Part shown: positions 19,001 to 27,816 of the stretch, piece after piece
Layout of the letters: every line of letters starts with the position of its first letter
How positions within the stretch are numbered: the stretch's first letter is position 1
Assembly: GCA_044356455.1 (NCBI GenBank)
Contig: JBIKWF010000013.1
Span: forward strand, 1-57,213
Direction: 5' to 3'
Length of the DNA stretch: 57,213 nt
Origin: Bdellovibrionota bacterium
GTDB taxonomy: Bacteria > Bdellovibrionota_C > UBA2361 > JBGSMV01
Program-made: the position numbers and the translations under genes
Notes under the pieces: generated by a model
Told to the model about the DNA's origin: nothing
Database searches by the model: none
Seen by the model: the letters and a program-made list of their open reading frames with translations, nothing else

Positions 19001-19411
19001 TGCGGCGGTGCTGCGCCTCCGAAGGCTTACATTCTGAGAGTGGGATAGGGGCCGCTTCGCAGTTTCCCAGGCGCTGCGGCAGATGACTTGATACTGACGG
19101 TGGGCGTTACGATATTTTTCTGCTTTCTTGGGTTTTTTCTTCGCTTTTAGCTCTTTCCCAAGAGTGTCTAGACTCTTCCAGCTGTACTTACCTTTTTTCT
19201 CAAATAGTCGTCCGCCGAGGACCTTGCCGTTAGGCCGGCGGTTGCAGACCACCTTTTTGCCGTCGAATTTGTTACTTATTTCGAGGAGATTGGCTTGTTC
19301 TTGGGGGGTTATCTTTATGGCAGGTCTAGCCAGTACTACGCGATCCTCGCATATGAGGAGGGCAACGAGCGTTATAATCAGTAACCTATAGGCCACATAG
19401 CCACGAACCAT
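16001..19411 (-). CDS. DUF1800 family protein with N-terminal cadherin/Big_9-like repeats and inserted FN3-like domains
   Basis: LDRVAFG, FWHNLF, YLNN..N....PNENFGREFLELYT.G, VKSPLE, PPSVFGW; QPAHGTL..YTP..F.GSDSFTFTA; W.AVPG..GY.I.R. Confidence 0.85.
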   Translation of the reverse strand: MVRGYVAYRLLIITLVALLICEDRVVLARPAIKITPQEQANLLEISNKFDGKKVVCNRRPNGKVLGGRLFEKKGKYSWKSLDTLGKELKAKKKPKKAEKYRNAHRQYQVICRSAWETAKRPLSHSQNVSLRRRSTAAITLGADGPGEIVFQIKSQPAHGTLSGSVPNLSYTPEQSFAGSDSFTFTATANGYESAPATVSITVEYCGLSADSSTVEVSEGRSIDLLLTARDTCQPESPLSFAVTQAPTQGSLQEAFPRVVYAPRDHLVTSDSLRFRVTNEIGETAEATVTFAVTAGASEFAGNPQLLGRYRESLSESEVHSVLDRVAFGGTETQREIRSLSALVDSLLEDAENPNLKSFYDGYDVNRLNRATSAPASYNARWFFGDVQVLAADQLRHGNPFRAWMAMGFWHNLFTSNLTEWSNSGNSNFMPEYVQRLQRHALGNYRDFLEDMLSDGIFHLYLNNFDNTYLEPNENFGREFLELYTAGVEDPITKEPTYSEVDVVSSTRALSGFGYASGTVLSGSRDSGSTLPTPQGVRASDAAFFVNPQTQAVTYQTWVMVNFTPIRSSTATQIVLERAPYGTNTFAQAAIVTYSNSSGTIYDYTPATGAPYHYRVRLRNAQGVLGTPSTSDIGHAGYPGTLPTNPSSIAATAGSSSAQVQVTWSAVPGVIGYQILRNAYDDGARIQLSPVLNAATLSFTDTQVLPNKIYRYEVLSVMPGGVVGQRNYRDTAVFGTDYVHGYYRAPTSSLTSPARVLATSTSTTGVSVSWEPAPGASSYRVFRYPEFTDLYSSLGDVSAGQLSFTDTTAAPGARYGYMVRSLDGFGRIAPAVSAGFNPLGWNQSASQMTPLSFLSTLDPASPNAAGKIDFPGVPMSARGWSFQGSPSVTSFVDHVLYNWPAPRRQLAAKLIAHITHRELSEELVSAVAQSLLENDFEIKPALRLILSSSAMFAPEAHNTCVKSPLEAYFSFVRKTNLPATTADTRNRYISRISPTGYSPLNPPSVFGWKNCGVVRSGIVEDGSAWALSSQTYIALGNGISGTISDATVPVNHPYPGEGLNVLEFFVPEGSSAQAGVVVDRMAATLGVNISAAQRALLIEYLNTNDSGVASPFNGASHTSRVTGLLRMLTMSVEFLTK

Positions 19412-19441
19412 AGAACAACCCCCTCGACACGGTGATTATTG

Positions 19442-19457
19442 AGCAAGGCTCGTGCCA
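19442..19457 (-). promoter_or_regulatory. Sigma54 (-24/-12) promoter for the DUF1800-DUF1501 operon
   Basis: Minus strand TGGCAC-GAGCC-TTGCT, an exact TGGCAC-N5-TTGC consensus about 30 nt upstream of the ATG at 19411. Confidence 0.75.
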
Positions 19458-19589
19458 CCTCATTTTTCCTAGGCAAAGTGCCTAAGGGACTAAAGTTTGG
19501 TAATTCGGAACCAAATGTCTTGGGTAGACCGCTTCCTAATCAGGGGAGAACCCCTTTGCGTACCCTTTCTAACTGCGGTTTTTGGGTGA

Positions 19590-20774
19590 ATGCTCTTGCG
19601 GCAAAGGCCGCATAGCGGCGAAAGTACTGAGGTGCAAGAAGATACTGATATCATTGTGATAGGTGGAGGAATTTCAGGGCTTGGCGCAGCGCTCGAGGCG
19701 CGCGCGAGAGGCTTTGGAGTAGTGCTTCTTGAGAGTCAAGCTCTCGCGCAAGCCACTAGTGCCAATAGTCTTCGAATCATCCATGGCGGACTTCGGTATC
19801 TGCAGCACCTTAACTTCCGGCGTGTCCTAGAATCAGCAAGGGAGCAGGCGCTCCTCTCACACAAATATGGAGAGTTCGTTCAGCCTCTGCGGTGTGTTAT
19901 GCCGCTCGCACGTCATGGTGCCAAGTCTTCGTTCCCGATGAAGATAGCGGCCCATCTTTTTAAATACCTTACAGCAAATACTAGGGGGAATCTGTTACCA
20001 ATGGAGGTATTTGGTAAGGATGATGTTTCTCGCCTCGTACCCGCGCTGAAGGACATCGCGCCGCACGGAGCTTTTTCGTGGCATGATCTTCTGCTGCTCG
20101 ACCATGCTGGATTTGTTTTGGCTCTTCGTAAGGAGCTTGAGCAATTGGGAGGAGTGGTTCGAACTAATTCCCGAGTCATTGAGTTAGCCTTTGACAAGCG
20201 CTGGACAGTAATGACGAAGGACGGTGATAAGGTGCGAGCGCCTGTGGTGATAAATGCCTCTGGCCCTTGGTGCACTGAACTGCTTCCCAAGCAGGCTCCT
20301 TCCCACTTTCGTCAGATTCCTGCGGGGTGGTGCGCTGCTCTAAATCTTGAATTTGATTTTTCCTTAGATTCAGCGGCGGCTCTCGCGTGTCAGTCACAAA
20401 GTGGCCGCCTGCTTTTTCTTGTGCCGCGTGGGGAGGGGGCTGCGTTAGGTACTTGGTACTACCCGCGTGCGCAGCTTCGAAGCGCAGAAGTGCTTGAGCG
20501 GCCTGTGGTTCTTGACACCGAAATCGAGAAGTTCATTGAAGAAGCGCGCGTAGCGTTCAAGGATGATAGATTTGAACGTAGTCGTGTACGGCACATCGAT
20601 GTTGGGGTGCTTCCTATGAAACGTTGCGGAGCTCAGGGGCCTGAATTATACGGAAGGCATGTGGTACGAGACTGGAAGGGATTTATTCATCTGGTAAGCA
20701 CTAAATATACTACCTTTCGACTTCTGGGCGAGGAAGCAATTCAAGCAGCGGCGCCTTATCTAAGGAATCTCTGA
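19590..20774 (+). CDS. FAD-dependent oxidoreductase (GlpD/DAO-like)
   Basis: IIVIGGGISG; ATSANSLRIIHGGLRYLQ; INASGPW; KYTTFR. True start may be GTG at 19632. Confidence 0.88.
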   Translation: MLLRQRPHSGESTEVQEDTDIIVIGGGISGLGAALEARARGFGVVLLESQALAQATSANSLRIIHGGLRYLQHLNFRRVLESAREQALLSHKYGEFVQPLRCVMPLARHGAKSSFPMKIAAHLFKYLTANTRGNLLPMEVFGKDDVSRLVPALKDIAPHGAFSWHDLLLLDHAGFVLALRKELEQLGGVVRTNSRVIELAFDKRWTVMTKDGDKVRAPVVINASGPWCTELLPKQAPSHFRQIPAGWCAALNLEFDFSLDSAAALACQSQSGRLLFLVPRGEGAALGTWYYPRAQLRSAEVLERPVVLDTEIEKFIEEARVAFKDDRFERSRVRHIDVGVLPMKRCGAQGPELYGRHVVRDWKGFIHLVSTKYTTFRLLGEEAIQAAAPYLRNL

Positions 20775-20892
20775 AAAATCTCGATATTTTATTTTTCCCC
20801 TCTGTGAACTCTGTGCCCTCTGTGGTTTTTCAACAATTTAAATCAACCACAGAGGGCACAGAGTTCACAGAGCAGACTTTTTCAGAGGTTCC
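20764..20892. mobile_element. MITE-like element family 1
   Basis: GGAATCTCTGAAAAA...TTTTTCAGAGGTTCC with exact CTAA duplication (20760-63, 20893-96) and an internal palindrome. Confidence 0.8.
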
Positions 20893-21684
20893 CTAATCTA
20901 AATGGTCGAACCCCCGAGCCCGAGTCTTTTCAAAGCTGCGATTGAGGAACAATAGCGCGCCGCCAAGATAGAGAATACTTAACAGACCCGCGATCCAAAA
21001 ATCATGGGCAGGAGATCTCCCCTCAAGAATAACTGCACGCATACCTTCAAAAGCATGAGTGGTTGGGAACAAAAGCCCAATCGCTTGAGCCCAGGCGGGG
21101 AGCATTTTAAGGGGGAAATAAATAGCTGAAAATGGGGCGGCAAGAAATCCAAGGGTCCACGAGAGCGCCTGGGCGCGGATTCCAAATCGCAGGATGAGTC
21201 CAAGAGCGAAAAAGGCGACGGACCAGCCAAAGCAAAGCAGGATGGCAAAACAGGCAAACCAGGAAATGCCCATGGCGAAGATGCTTAAGTCGTAGAGGAG
21301 CAAGCTGGCGCAGGAAAGCATCGCAATTAGGGTAATCAGTTTAAGTGCGCCTAGAGTAATGGCTGAAACTACCCACTCTGTTTTAGAGAGAGGAGACGCT
21401 ACAAGGTTTGAGAGATTACGACTCCAACATTCTTCTAGAAAAGCAGAGCTTATTTCATAACTCGTCGACCACATGATGCGCCAAAAGACAGCGGCTGATA
21501 CCACCGCAAGAAGCACCTCATGTTGCTGAGGAGAATTGGTGCTCTGGCTAATCCATACACTAGTGAGACCCCACATGATCAGGTCAAAGAGGGGCCAGAA
21601 GAAAAGGTCAGTAATTCGGTCAAGACTTTGGGGCAGAAGAACGAGGTGACGCCAGATGAGGGTAGAAATGCGCTGCAAATTCAA
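20893..21684 (-). CDS. ABC-2 type permease
   Basis: Multi-TM; FLEECWSRNLSNLVASPL; FSAIYFP..LP.W; P.THAFEGMR. Probable TTG start at 21684 with GGAGG RBS, overlapping the upstream stop. Confidence 0.9.
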   Translation of the reverse strand: MNLQRISTLIWRHLVLLPQSLDRITDLFFWPLFDLIMWGLTSVWISQSTNSPQQHEVLLAVVSAAVFWRIMWSTSYEISSAFLEECWSRNLSNLVASPLSKTEWVVSAITLGALKLITLIAMLSCASLLLYDLSIFAMGISWFACFAILLCFGWSVAFFALGLILRFGIRAQALSWTLGFLAAPFSAIYFPLKMLPAWAQAIGLLFPTTHAFEGMRAVILEGRSPAHDFWIAGLLSILYLGGALLFLNRSFEKTRARGFDHLD

Positions 21685-22634
21685 GGGGCACCTCCCTCTT
21701 TGTTCGAGGAGCCAGAAATTTTTAAGAAAAAATTCTCTAAAGAAGGGTGATGAATTGCGATAGTTTCGTAGACAAGTCCCGCTTGAGCGAGGCCTCCGAG
21801 AAGGGTACAAAGCGCCCCTTCGTCGGCGTTAAATTTTAGGCCTGCGTCTGTGAGTGTATACTCCTGCGTAGCTGCCCTAAGGAATCGCTCCGCATCAGCC
21901 GCTCCGGCGGATATGCCTCCAATCTGAATCTCTGAGAACTTCGCTTGACGGGCCAGATTGCGAGGAGTGTCCTCCGCTACGATGCTGCCATCTTTTAGAA
22001 AGATGACTCGATCGCAAAGCCGCCCGACTTCCTCCATGTTATGGGACGTCAGAAGAATGGAGACTCCCGTAGTTCGCTTTTGTATTTCGATGAACGCGCG
22101 CACCTGCTCAGCGACGTCGGGGTCAAGTGAAGCGGTTGGTTCGTCGAGAAGTACAATTTCTGGATCGCAAAGAAATGCCTTCACCAACATCACGCGAGTC
22201 TTCTGGCCCGCGGAAAGTTCCATGAAACGTCGCTTTAGGAACGGCGTAAGTGAAAAGAATTCAAGCAAACGCTGCGTGTTCCTGTCTCGGTCGGCGCGCG
22301 AGATGCCATACAGTCCAGCCTGGAGTTTCAAATTCTGCTCGACGGTCAGGAACGACGGGAGCCCAGTATAGGTACTCGCATAGCCGACTTTCTGGAGCGA
22401 CTCGGCGCGGTGGTGCACAAAATCCTTCCCGAAATAGGTGATGCGCCCACTTGTGGGAGAAAGGATTGAAAGGAGTAGACGTATGGTGGTCGTCTTGCCC
22501 GCACCATTTGGGCCAAGAAGCCCAAGAACCTCCCCTTTACGGAGCTCAAAGCTGATACCCCGAACTGCAGGAGGCCCTCTTTCGCCAGGATAGGCTTTCA
22601 CGAGATTTTCGATGGTGAGGACTGAGAGGGCCAT
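21681..22634 (-). CDS. ABC-2 type ATP-binding protein
   Basis: GPNGAGKTT, LSAGQ, LLDEPT, TSH. Confidence 0.94.
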   Translation of the reverse strand: MALSVLTIENLVKAYPGERGPPAVRGISFELRKGEVLGLLGPNGAGKTTTIRLLLSILSPTSGRITYFGKDFVHHRAESLQKVGYASTYTGLPSFLTVEQNLKLQAGLYGISRADRDRNTQRLLEFFSLTPFLKRRFMELSAGQKTRVMLVKAFLCDPEIVLLDEPTASLDPDVAEQVRAFIEIQKRTTGVSILLTSHNMEEVGRLCDRVIFLKDGSIVAEDTPRNLARQAKFSEIQIGGISAGAADAERFLRAATQEYTLTDAGLKFNADEGALCTLLGGLAQAGLVYETIAIHHPSLENFFLKISGSSNKEGGAP

Positions 22635-22807
22635 TGGAATTCGAGGGACTATACGTCAGATGTGTTTCTTGGAGAAGCCCTGCGCGGCTTAAGGGCGGGA
22701 GGCAAGGAGGCAGTATGGAATGTGTTCGGAAGGTGGTTCTAATTTCTCCGGCCTTCAGTGTAAGGTTCAGAGAATGCTTCTTTTAAGCCGTTCGGCTAAA
22801 TTCGGAG

Positions 22808-24649
22808 TTGCCGCTACCATGCTTAGTAATGCCAGATTTTGCGCGAGAGGGGCCCTCTACAAACCAGCCAGAAGAGGAGAGGCGCGCCGCGCCCTCCCTA
22901 CCATCCAGGCTTCGGTTTTCCGATTCGAGCGAAGGTGATCTCTTGAAGGGGGAATCTTCTCCTTTGTTGGAACTACCCGGCGGCCTCGCCCCGAGCCCCC
23001 GTTCCCTAAGCACAGGGCCTATGCTGGGCCATGCGGAACTTCTTAGAAAGATAAAGCAGACTATACCGCTTGGGGTCGAAATCTACCGTCCCTATCACTA
23101 TACGATTCCACTTAAAGGTGGGCGATTTGATCTATTAGTTCTTAAAGTGTTCGTGCCGCCTGAAAAGGAGGCTGCCGTTAGACAATGGGAGAATGACTTT
23201 GAGAAGCGCTTCGGCGTGAGTCTTGTCCTGCATCGCGGCGCTTCCTATTCAGGGATGAAGGAGGCTCTTCGAGGGGTGGCTAATGGAGCAAGATTACTTA
23301 CGCCCGTGCACGAAGGCGCGCTTAAGGGGCTTGTCCAAACAATAGTGGGAGCTGAACCAAAAGATTCCGAGGCGCCCCGGCGCGCTCACCGAGCAGCAGC
23401 CGAACTACTTAATGAAACGAGTACGCCGTATCTTGCAATTGACCCCGCGTCGGTGCGGGACCGGGAAGATTTAATTCATGCCGAGCGGATTGGACCCAGC
23501 GGCGATATTCGAGTTCGGACGGCCTTTATAGACGTGACGGCCTTCGTCGATCCTCACTCAAAGTTCGATACCTATGCGCGGCGCTTGGGGCGCAGTGTCT
23601 ATGGAACGCGCTCGCAAGTTCCGACTCTTGGTAAAGAGGCGGCCTTCAGCCTCGGGAGTTTTACCGAGGGCGAGGAGAGAGCTGCAATTGTGGTAGAGCA
23701 AGTAATTGACAGGCTAGGTCGTAGAAAAAGTGGGCGCGTATACCGTGCCAGAGTTAAGAACCATCAATCGGTGGCTCCTTCAGAACTGGAGAGCTGCTCT
23801 CTGAAGGGGTGCTCCCGAGTTATTGGCGCTCTTAGGGAGGCGACAGGAAGGCTCAGGGCGCGTCGATGTGAAAGTAAAGAGATTTTTCGCGTTGATAGGG
23901 ACGATCCAGGCGCCGATATTGTGGGCGAATGTATGATTGCGGCAAAGACAGAGCTCGCTCATTTCCTTGTCGCTTCAAAGACTCCCGCAGCCTTTCGAGT
24001 TCATACACCACCGACCCCAGAAAGAACGGAAGCGCTTGCGAAGTCGGTCCGTGTTCTTGGTATTGAAGTAAAAGCGAGCGACTTCGAGCAGCCCCTGAGA
24101 CTAGCGTCGATTCTTAAACTCCTTGAGGATCACGGTGCCCACTCGCTTCTTCAAGAGATTGTGGATGTATTTCTCGTCCGAACGCGCTTTGACACCATTA
24201 ACCGTGGACATTATGGCATAGGCACTCCGGCTTACCTTGAAATCAAGCCTCGCGAGTCCATGGGCCTTCAGAATCAATTTCAGATACGCAGCGCACTTTC
24301 CCGTGGATCCTATGTAGGGCTCTCAGCTTCCGAAATTGACAAGAGGGTCAAGGAACGGAATCAGCTGCGCGAATCGGAGGAGTCTATAGAGTTCAAATTC
24401 CGGTTCTATGAACGGCTGCGAGAAGGGCTCTCACATGCGGGTCAAGTTTTTTCAGGCGTAATTCAAGAGGTGCATAGAGGGGAGGTCTTGGTGGAGTTCC
24501 CCGAGTTTAGTCGCTGGGGAATGGTGCAAGTTCCAGGGCATATCGCAAGAAGAGTGCGTGAAGGGGATATGGTTCAAGCACGCCTTCTTGGCTTTAATGT
24601 CGAGCGTATGCGGTTTGAGTTCGAGCCCTATAGGCGCGCACCACGCTAA
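22808..24649 (+). CDS. RNB-domain (RNase II/R-like) protein with C-terminal S1-like domain; degenerate catalytic motifs
   Basis: AIDPASVRDREDL; IDVTAFV; ARRLGRSVY; IVGECMIAA; FRVH.PP; HYGIG..AY. Start codon uncertain. Confidence 0.75.
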   Translation: MPLPCLVMPDFAREGPSTNQPEEERRAAPSLPSRLRFSDSSEGDLLKGESSPLLELPGGLAPSPRSLSTGPMLGHAELLRKIKQTIPLGVEIYRPYHYTIPLKGGRFDLLVLKVFVPPEKEAAVRQWENDFEKRFGVSLVLHRGASYSGMKEALRGVANGARLLTPVHEGALKGLVQTIVGAEPKDSEAPRRAHRAAAELLNETSTPYLAIDPASVRDREDLIHAERIGPSGDIRVRTAFIDVTAFVDPHSKFDTYARRLGRSVYGTRSQVPTLGKEAAFSLGSFTEGEERAAIVVEQVIDRLGRRKSGRVYRARVKNHQSVAPSELESCSLKGCSRVIGALREATGRLRARRCESKEIFRVDRDDPGADIVGECMIAAKTELAHFLVASKTPAAFRVHTPPTPERTEALAKSVRVLGIEVKASDFEQPLRLASILKLLEDHGAHSLLQEIVDVFLVRTRFDTINRGHYGIGTPAYLEIKPRESMGLQNQFQIRSALSRGSYVGLSASEIDKRVKERNQLRESEESIEFKFRFYERLREGLSHAGQVFSGVIQEVHRGEVLVEFPEFSRWGMVQVPGHIARRVREGDMVQARLLGFNVERMRFEFEPYRRAPR

Positions 24650-25797
24650 AGGGTTCCTCTCCTAGCTTGCTCAGCTTCGATAGATTCAAAGAGCGCTTTG
24701 AAGTTGCCCTTGCCAAACGACTTGGCTCCCATACGCTGGATAATTTCAAAGAAGAGGGTTGGTCTGTCTTCGACCGGCTTCGTGAAAATCTGAAGTAAGT
24801 ATCCTTCCTCGTCTCTGTCCGCCATGATGCCTAGCTTCTCGAGAGCGGCAAGGTCTTCCTTTATTGTCCCTACACGCTCTGGCACGGTGTGATAATACGT
24901 TCCTGGAACATGAAGGAATTCTACTCCGCGAGCCCGCATTTCTGATACGGTGGTTATGATATTGTCGGTCGCTACCGCAATATGCTGGCAGCCGGCGCCG
25001 CGGTAAAAGTCGAGATACTCTTGTATCTGGGACTTCTTCTTCCCTTGAGCGGGTTCGTTAATGGGGAACTTAATGTAACCGTTCCCATTCGACATAACCT
25101 TACTCATCAGGGCGGTGTATTCCGTGGAAATATCTTTGTCGTCAAAGGTGACAAGATTCATGAACCCCAGAACTTCCCCGTAGAACTTGGCCCACGTATT
25201 CATCGCTCCCAGCTCTACATTCCCCACCATGTGATCGATGTATTTAAGACCAACGGATGTGGGATGATAAGAAGTTTCAAGTTTTTCAAAGCCAGGAAGA
25301 AAAATGCCCTTATAATTCTTTCTTTCTATAAAGATATGAACGGTGTCGCCATAGGTGTGGATGCCCGAGCGGCGAATCGAGCCGTGTGCATCGGAAATCG
25401 TCTCTGGCTTAAGGTAAGATTTTGCGCCGCGTGATGTGGTCTGCGCGTAGGCGTCATAAGCGTCGTTAACCCAGAGCGCAATTACTTTTACGCCATCGCC
25501 ATGGGTGCGAATATGATGAGAGATGTCGCTCTCGGGGTCGAGAGGGGTGGTGAGAACGAGCCGAATCTTTCCTTGCTGGAGCACGTACGAGGTGCGGTCA
25601 CGGATTCCTGTTTCGAGTCCCGCATAGGCCAAATCCTGAAAGCCGAAGGCGGTCTTGTAAAAGTGCGCTGACTGCTTGGCGTTTCCTACATAGAACTCAA
25701 CATAGTCCGTCCCATTAATGGGGAGAAAATCTTGAGCCGCTTTAAATACCTTCTGCTGGTCGTATTCATAGCTTGTAAGCTTTGTAAGATCGTTCAT
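24646..25797 (-). CDS. hppD: 4-hydroxyphenylpyruvate dioxygenase
   Basis: IDHMVGNV, PINEPA, SQIQEYL, QHIA, LLQIFT, FFEIIQR, FGKGNFKALFESIE. Confidence 0.97.
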   Translation of the reverse strand: MNDLTKLTSYEYDQQKVFKAAQDFLPINGTDYVEFYVGNAKQSAHFYKTAFGFQDLAYAGLETGIRDRTSYVLQQGKIRLVLTTPLDPESDISHHIRTHGDGVKVIALWVNDAYDAYAQTTSRGAKSYLKPETISDAHGSIRRSGIHTYGDTVHIFIERKNYKGIFLPGFEKLETSYHPTSVGLKYIDHMVGNVELGAMNTWAKFYGEVLGFMNLVTFDDKDISTEYTALMSKVMSNGNGYIKFPINEPAQGKKKSQIQEYLDFYRGAGCQHIAVATDNIITTVSEMRARGVEFLHVPGTYYHTVPERVGTIKEDLAALEKLGIMADRDEEGYLLQIFTKPVEDRPTLFFEIIQRMGAKSFGKGNFKALFESIEAEQARRGTL

Positions 25798-25818
25798 AAA
25801 GCACCAGTCGGGTTGTAA

Positions 25819-26976
25819 TTATGAAAGCCAAGACTTGTAGTAGTCCGCCTGTTCAAGTTTTAGAGCTTCTGTCGTGAGAGCAAGCGGATTAAAAGGGTCT
25901 ATCATTACCGCCAGCTCGCTGGTTTCTTTTTTCCCAATGCTACGTTCAATTGCTCCTGGATGCGGTCCGTGAGGGATGCCACCTGGATGCAGCGTTATTT
26001 GTCCCTTGGTAATGTTGTTGCGGCTCATGAAGTCGCCGTCCACGTAGTACAAAATTTCGTCGCTATCGATGTTGCTATGATGATAGGGGGCGGGGATGGA
26101 TTGCGGATGGTAGTCGTACAGTCGCGGGACAAATGAGCACACGACAAAGTTGCGTGCTTGGAATTGTTGATGCACCGGAGGGGGCTGGTGCACGCGTCCT
26201 GTAATCGGCTCAAAATTATGTATGGAGATGCCATACGGATAGCTGCAGCCATCCCAGCCAATGACATCAAAAGGGTGGGCCGCGTAGACATAGGGGTGTA
26301 TAAGGCCACGTTTCTTTATCTTTACCGTGAAGTCTCCCTTTTCCGAATGTGTTTCAAGATTTTCTGGCACCTTGAGATCGCGCTCACAAAAGGGAGAGTG
26401 CTCAAGAAATTGTCCGTACTGATTTCTATACCGTGTGGGAGGTTCAATCGGGCTGGCTGATTCAACGACAAGAAGTCTGTTGTCAGTCGAGGAGAACTCA
26501 ATTTGATAAATAGTTCCGCGAGGAATAATCAGATAATCCCCATACTCAAAGGGAATTTGTCCATACATGGATTTTAAGGTTCCCGATCCGCGGTGGATAA
26601 AAAGCATCTCATCGCAGTCTGCGTTTTTATAGAAGTACTTTTGTGTGCCAGATTGCGGCGCCGCAAGAGCAATCGACAGGTCGGCATTTATCAGGAGCAC
26701 TTTTCTGCTTTCTAGGAAATCAGCGCAAGGAGCCAGATCAAACCCACGGAAGCTGCGTGCTTGGAGATTGTCTTGAACAGCAATTTCTGGTTTTACCGAG
26801 TAGGGCTTGCCAGGATCCTTCACAAGGGTAGGGGGATTTAAATGGTAAACGAGGGAGGATACGCCCGAGAACCCTTCGGTGCCAAAGAGCTCTTCGTGAT
26901 AGAGCGCGCCGCTACTTTGGCGAAAGACGGTGTGACGCTTCGAGGGAACTTGGCCTACTTTTCGATAATAGGGCAT
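25819..26976 (-). CDS. hmgA: Homogentisate 1,2-dioxygenase
   Basis: Start MPYYRK at 26976; NAD.DE, HPFDVIGWDG, HQPPPVH, FVPR, PYHHSNIDSDE, TLHP.GIPHGP; adjacent to hppD. Confidence 0.95.
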   Translation of the reverse strand: MPYYRKVGQVPSKRHTVFRQSSGALYHEELFGTEGFSGVSSLVYHLNPPTLVKDPGKPYSVKPEIAVQDNLQARSFRGFDLAPCADFLESRKVLLINADLSIALAAPQSGTQKYFYKNADCDEMLFIHRGSGTLKSMYGQIPFEYGDYLIIPRGTIYQIEFSSTDNRLLVVESASPIEPPTRYRNQYGQFLEHSPFCERDLKVPENLETHSEKGDFTVKIKKRGLIHPYVYAAHPFDVIGWDGCSYPYGISIHNFEPITGRVHQPPPVHQQFQARNFVVCSFVPRLYDYHPQSIPAPYHHSNIDSDEILYYVDGDFMSRNNITKGQITLHPGGIPHGPHPGAIERSIGKKETSELAVMIDPFNPLALTTEALKLEQADYYKSWLS

Positions 26977-27148
26977 GGGGAGACTCCAAGAGAGAGAGCA
27001 CTGCACGTGAGATCAGAGCCAAACCTACAACTGGAGGCAGTTCAAGTCACGATGGAAATTGAGTGGTAGGGGGAAGCCAAAGGAATCTGGTAAAGTTGAG
27101 ACCAGAGCTCATCCTTCGCTTCGGTGAGCCTCTTTGCTAGGAGACAGG

Positions 27149-27754
27149 TCAGGTGGCCATTCGCTCAAGAACAAAATCTCTTCTTGCCTCTCTGGGGAGT
27201 GCTGGCACTCGAATTGAGGAGAAGCCAAATTCTTTGTAGACGTCAGCAATGCCGCCAAGAATTCTTTCTCTTTCATCAGAAGTCCATTTGCGGGCGGCTT
27301 CTTCTATATACTCAAGGGGCTCGAGTACAAATACTTTCTTATAACGGAATAAGCCCGCCCGGCTTTCAAAAAGTGAAGTGGAGAGCCCGCAGCCCCTAGA
27401 AAAGGCAATCACGTCGGGAAGTCCGTAGTCGAGGAGGTGGGGCATGTGAGGCTCGGCACTGCAATGCGCCGACCACTTACGGGCAAAGACGGTGTCTTCA
27501 AAGCGCTGGGTTCTTAGGATGTCGTCAATCGTAATCCTTTCGCCTTTTGGCCCAACCCAGGCAAGGCCCTGGTTGATTACTTGGCGAGCGGCGTCAGGCA
27601 GTACTCCAAATTCGGGTCTCTTTGCTCTCACATCATCGATCAGGGTGGTCTTACCGGATGAAAAAACCCCAGTAATAACTGTCCAATTGGTTTCGACAGA
27701 TACAAGAGGGAGCACGGGCAGGCTACAACGAGCCTCAATGGCGGTCGACAACAT
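27149..27754 (-). CDS. AAA_28/NadR-like P-loop ATPase
   Basis: VITGVFSSGKTTLI; DAARQVI; LDYGLPD; YKKVF.LEPL. Confidence 0.75.
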   Translation of the reverse strand: MLSTAIEARCSLPVLPLVSVETNWTVITGVFSSGKTTLIDDVRAKRPEFGVLPDAARQVINQGLAWVGPKGERITIDDILRTQRFEDTVFARKWSAHCSAEPHMPHLLDYGLPDVIAFSRGCGLSTSLFESRAGLFRYKKVFVLEPLEYIEEAARKWTSDERERILGGIADVYKEFGFSSIRVPALPREARRDFVLERMAT

Positions 27755-27816
27755 GGGGGCACACTAGCCGATACGGGGAGAATTTCAACAAAAAGAGTTT
27801 GCAGGGATGGAGGAGG

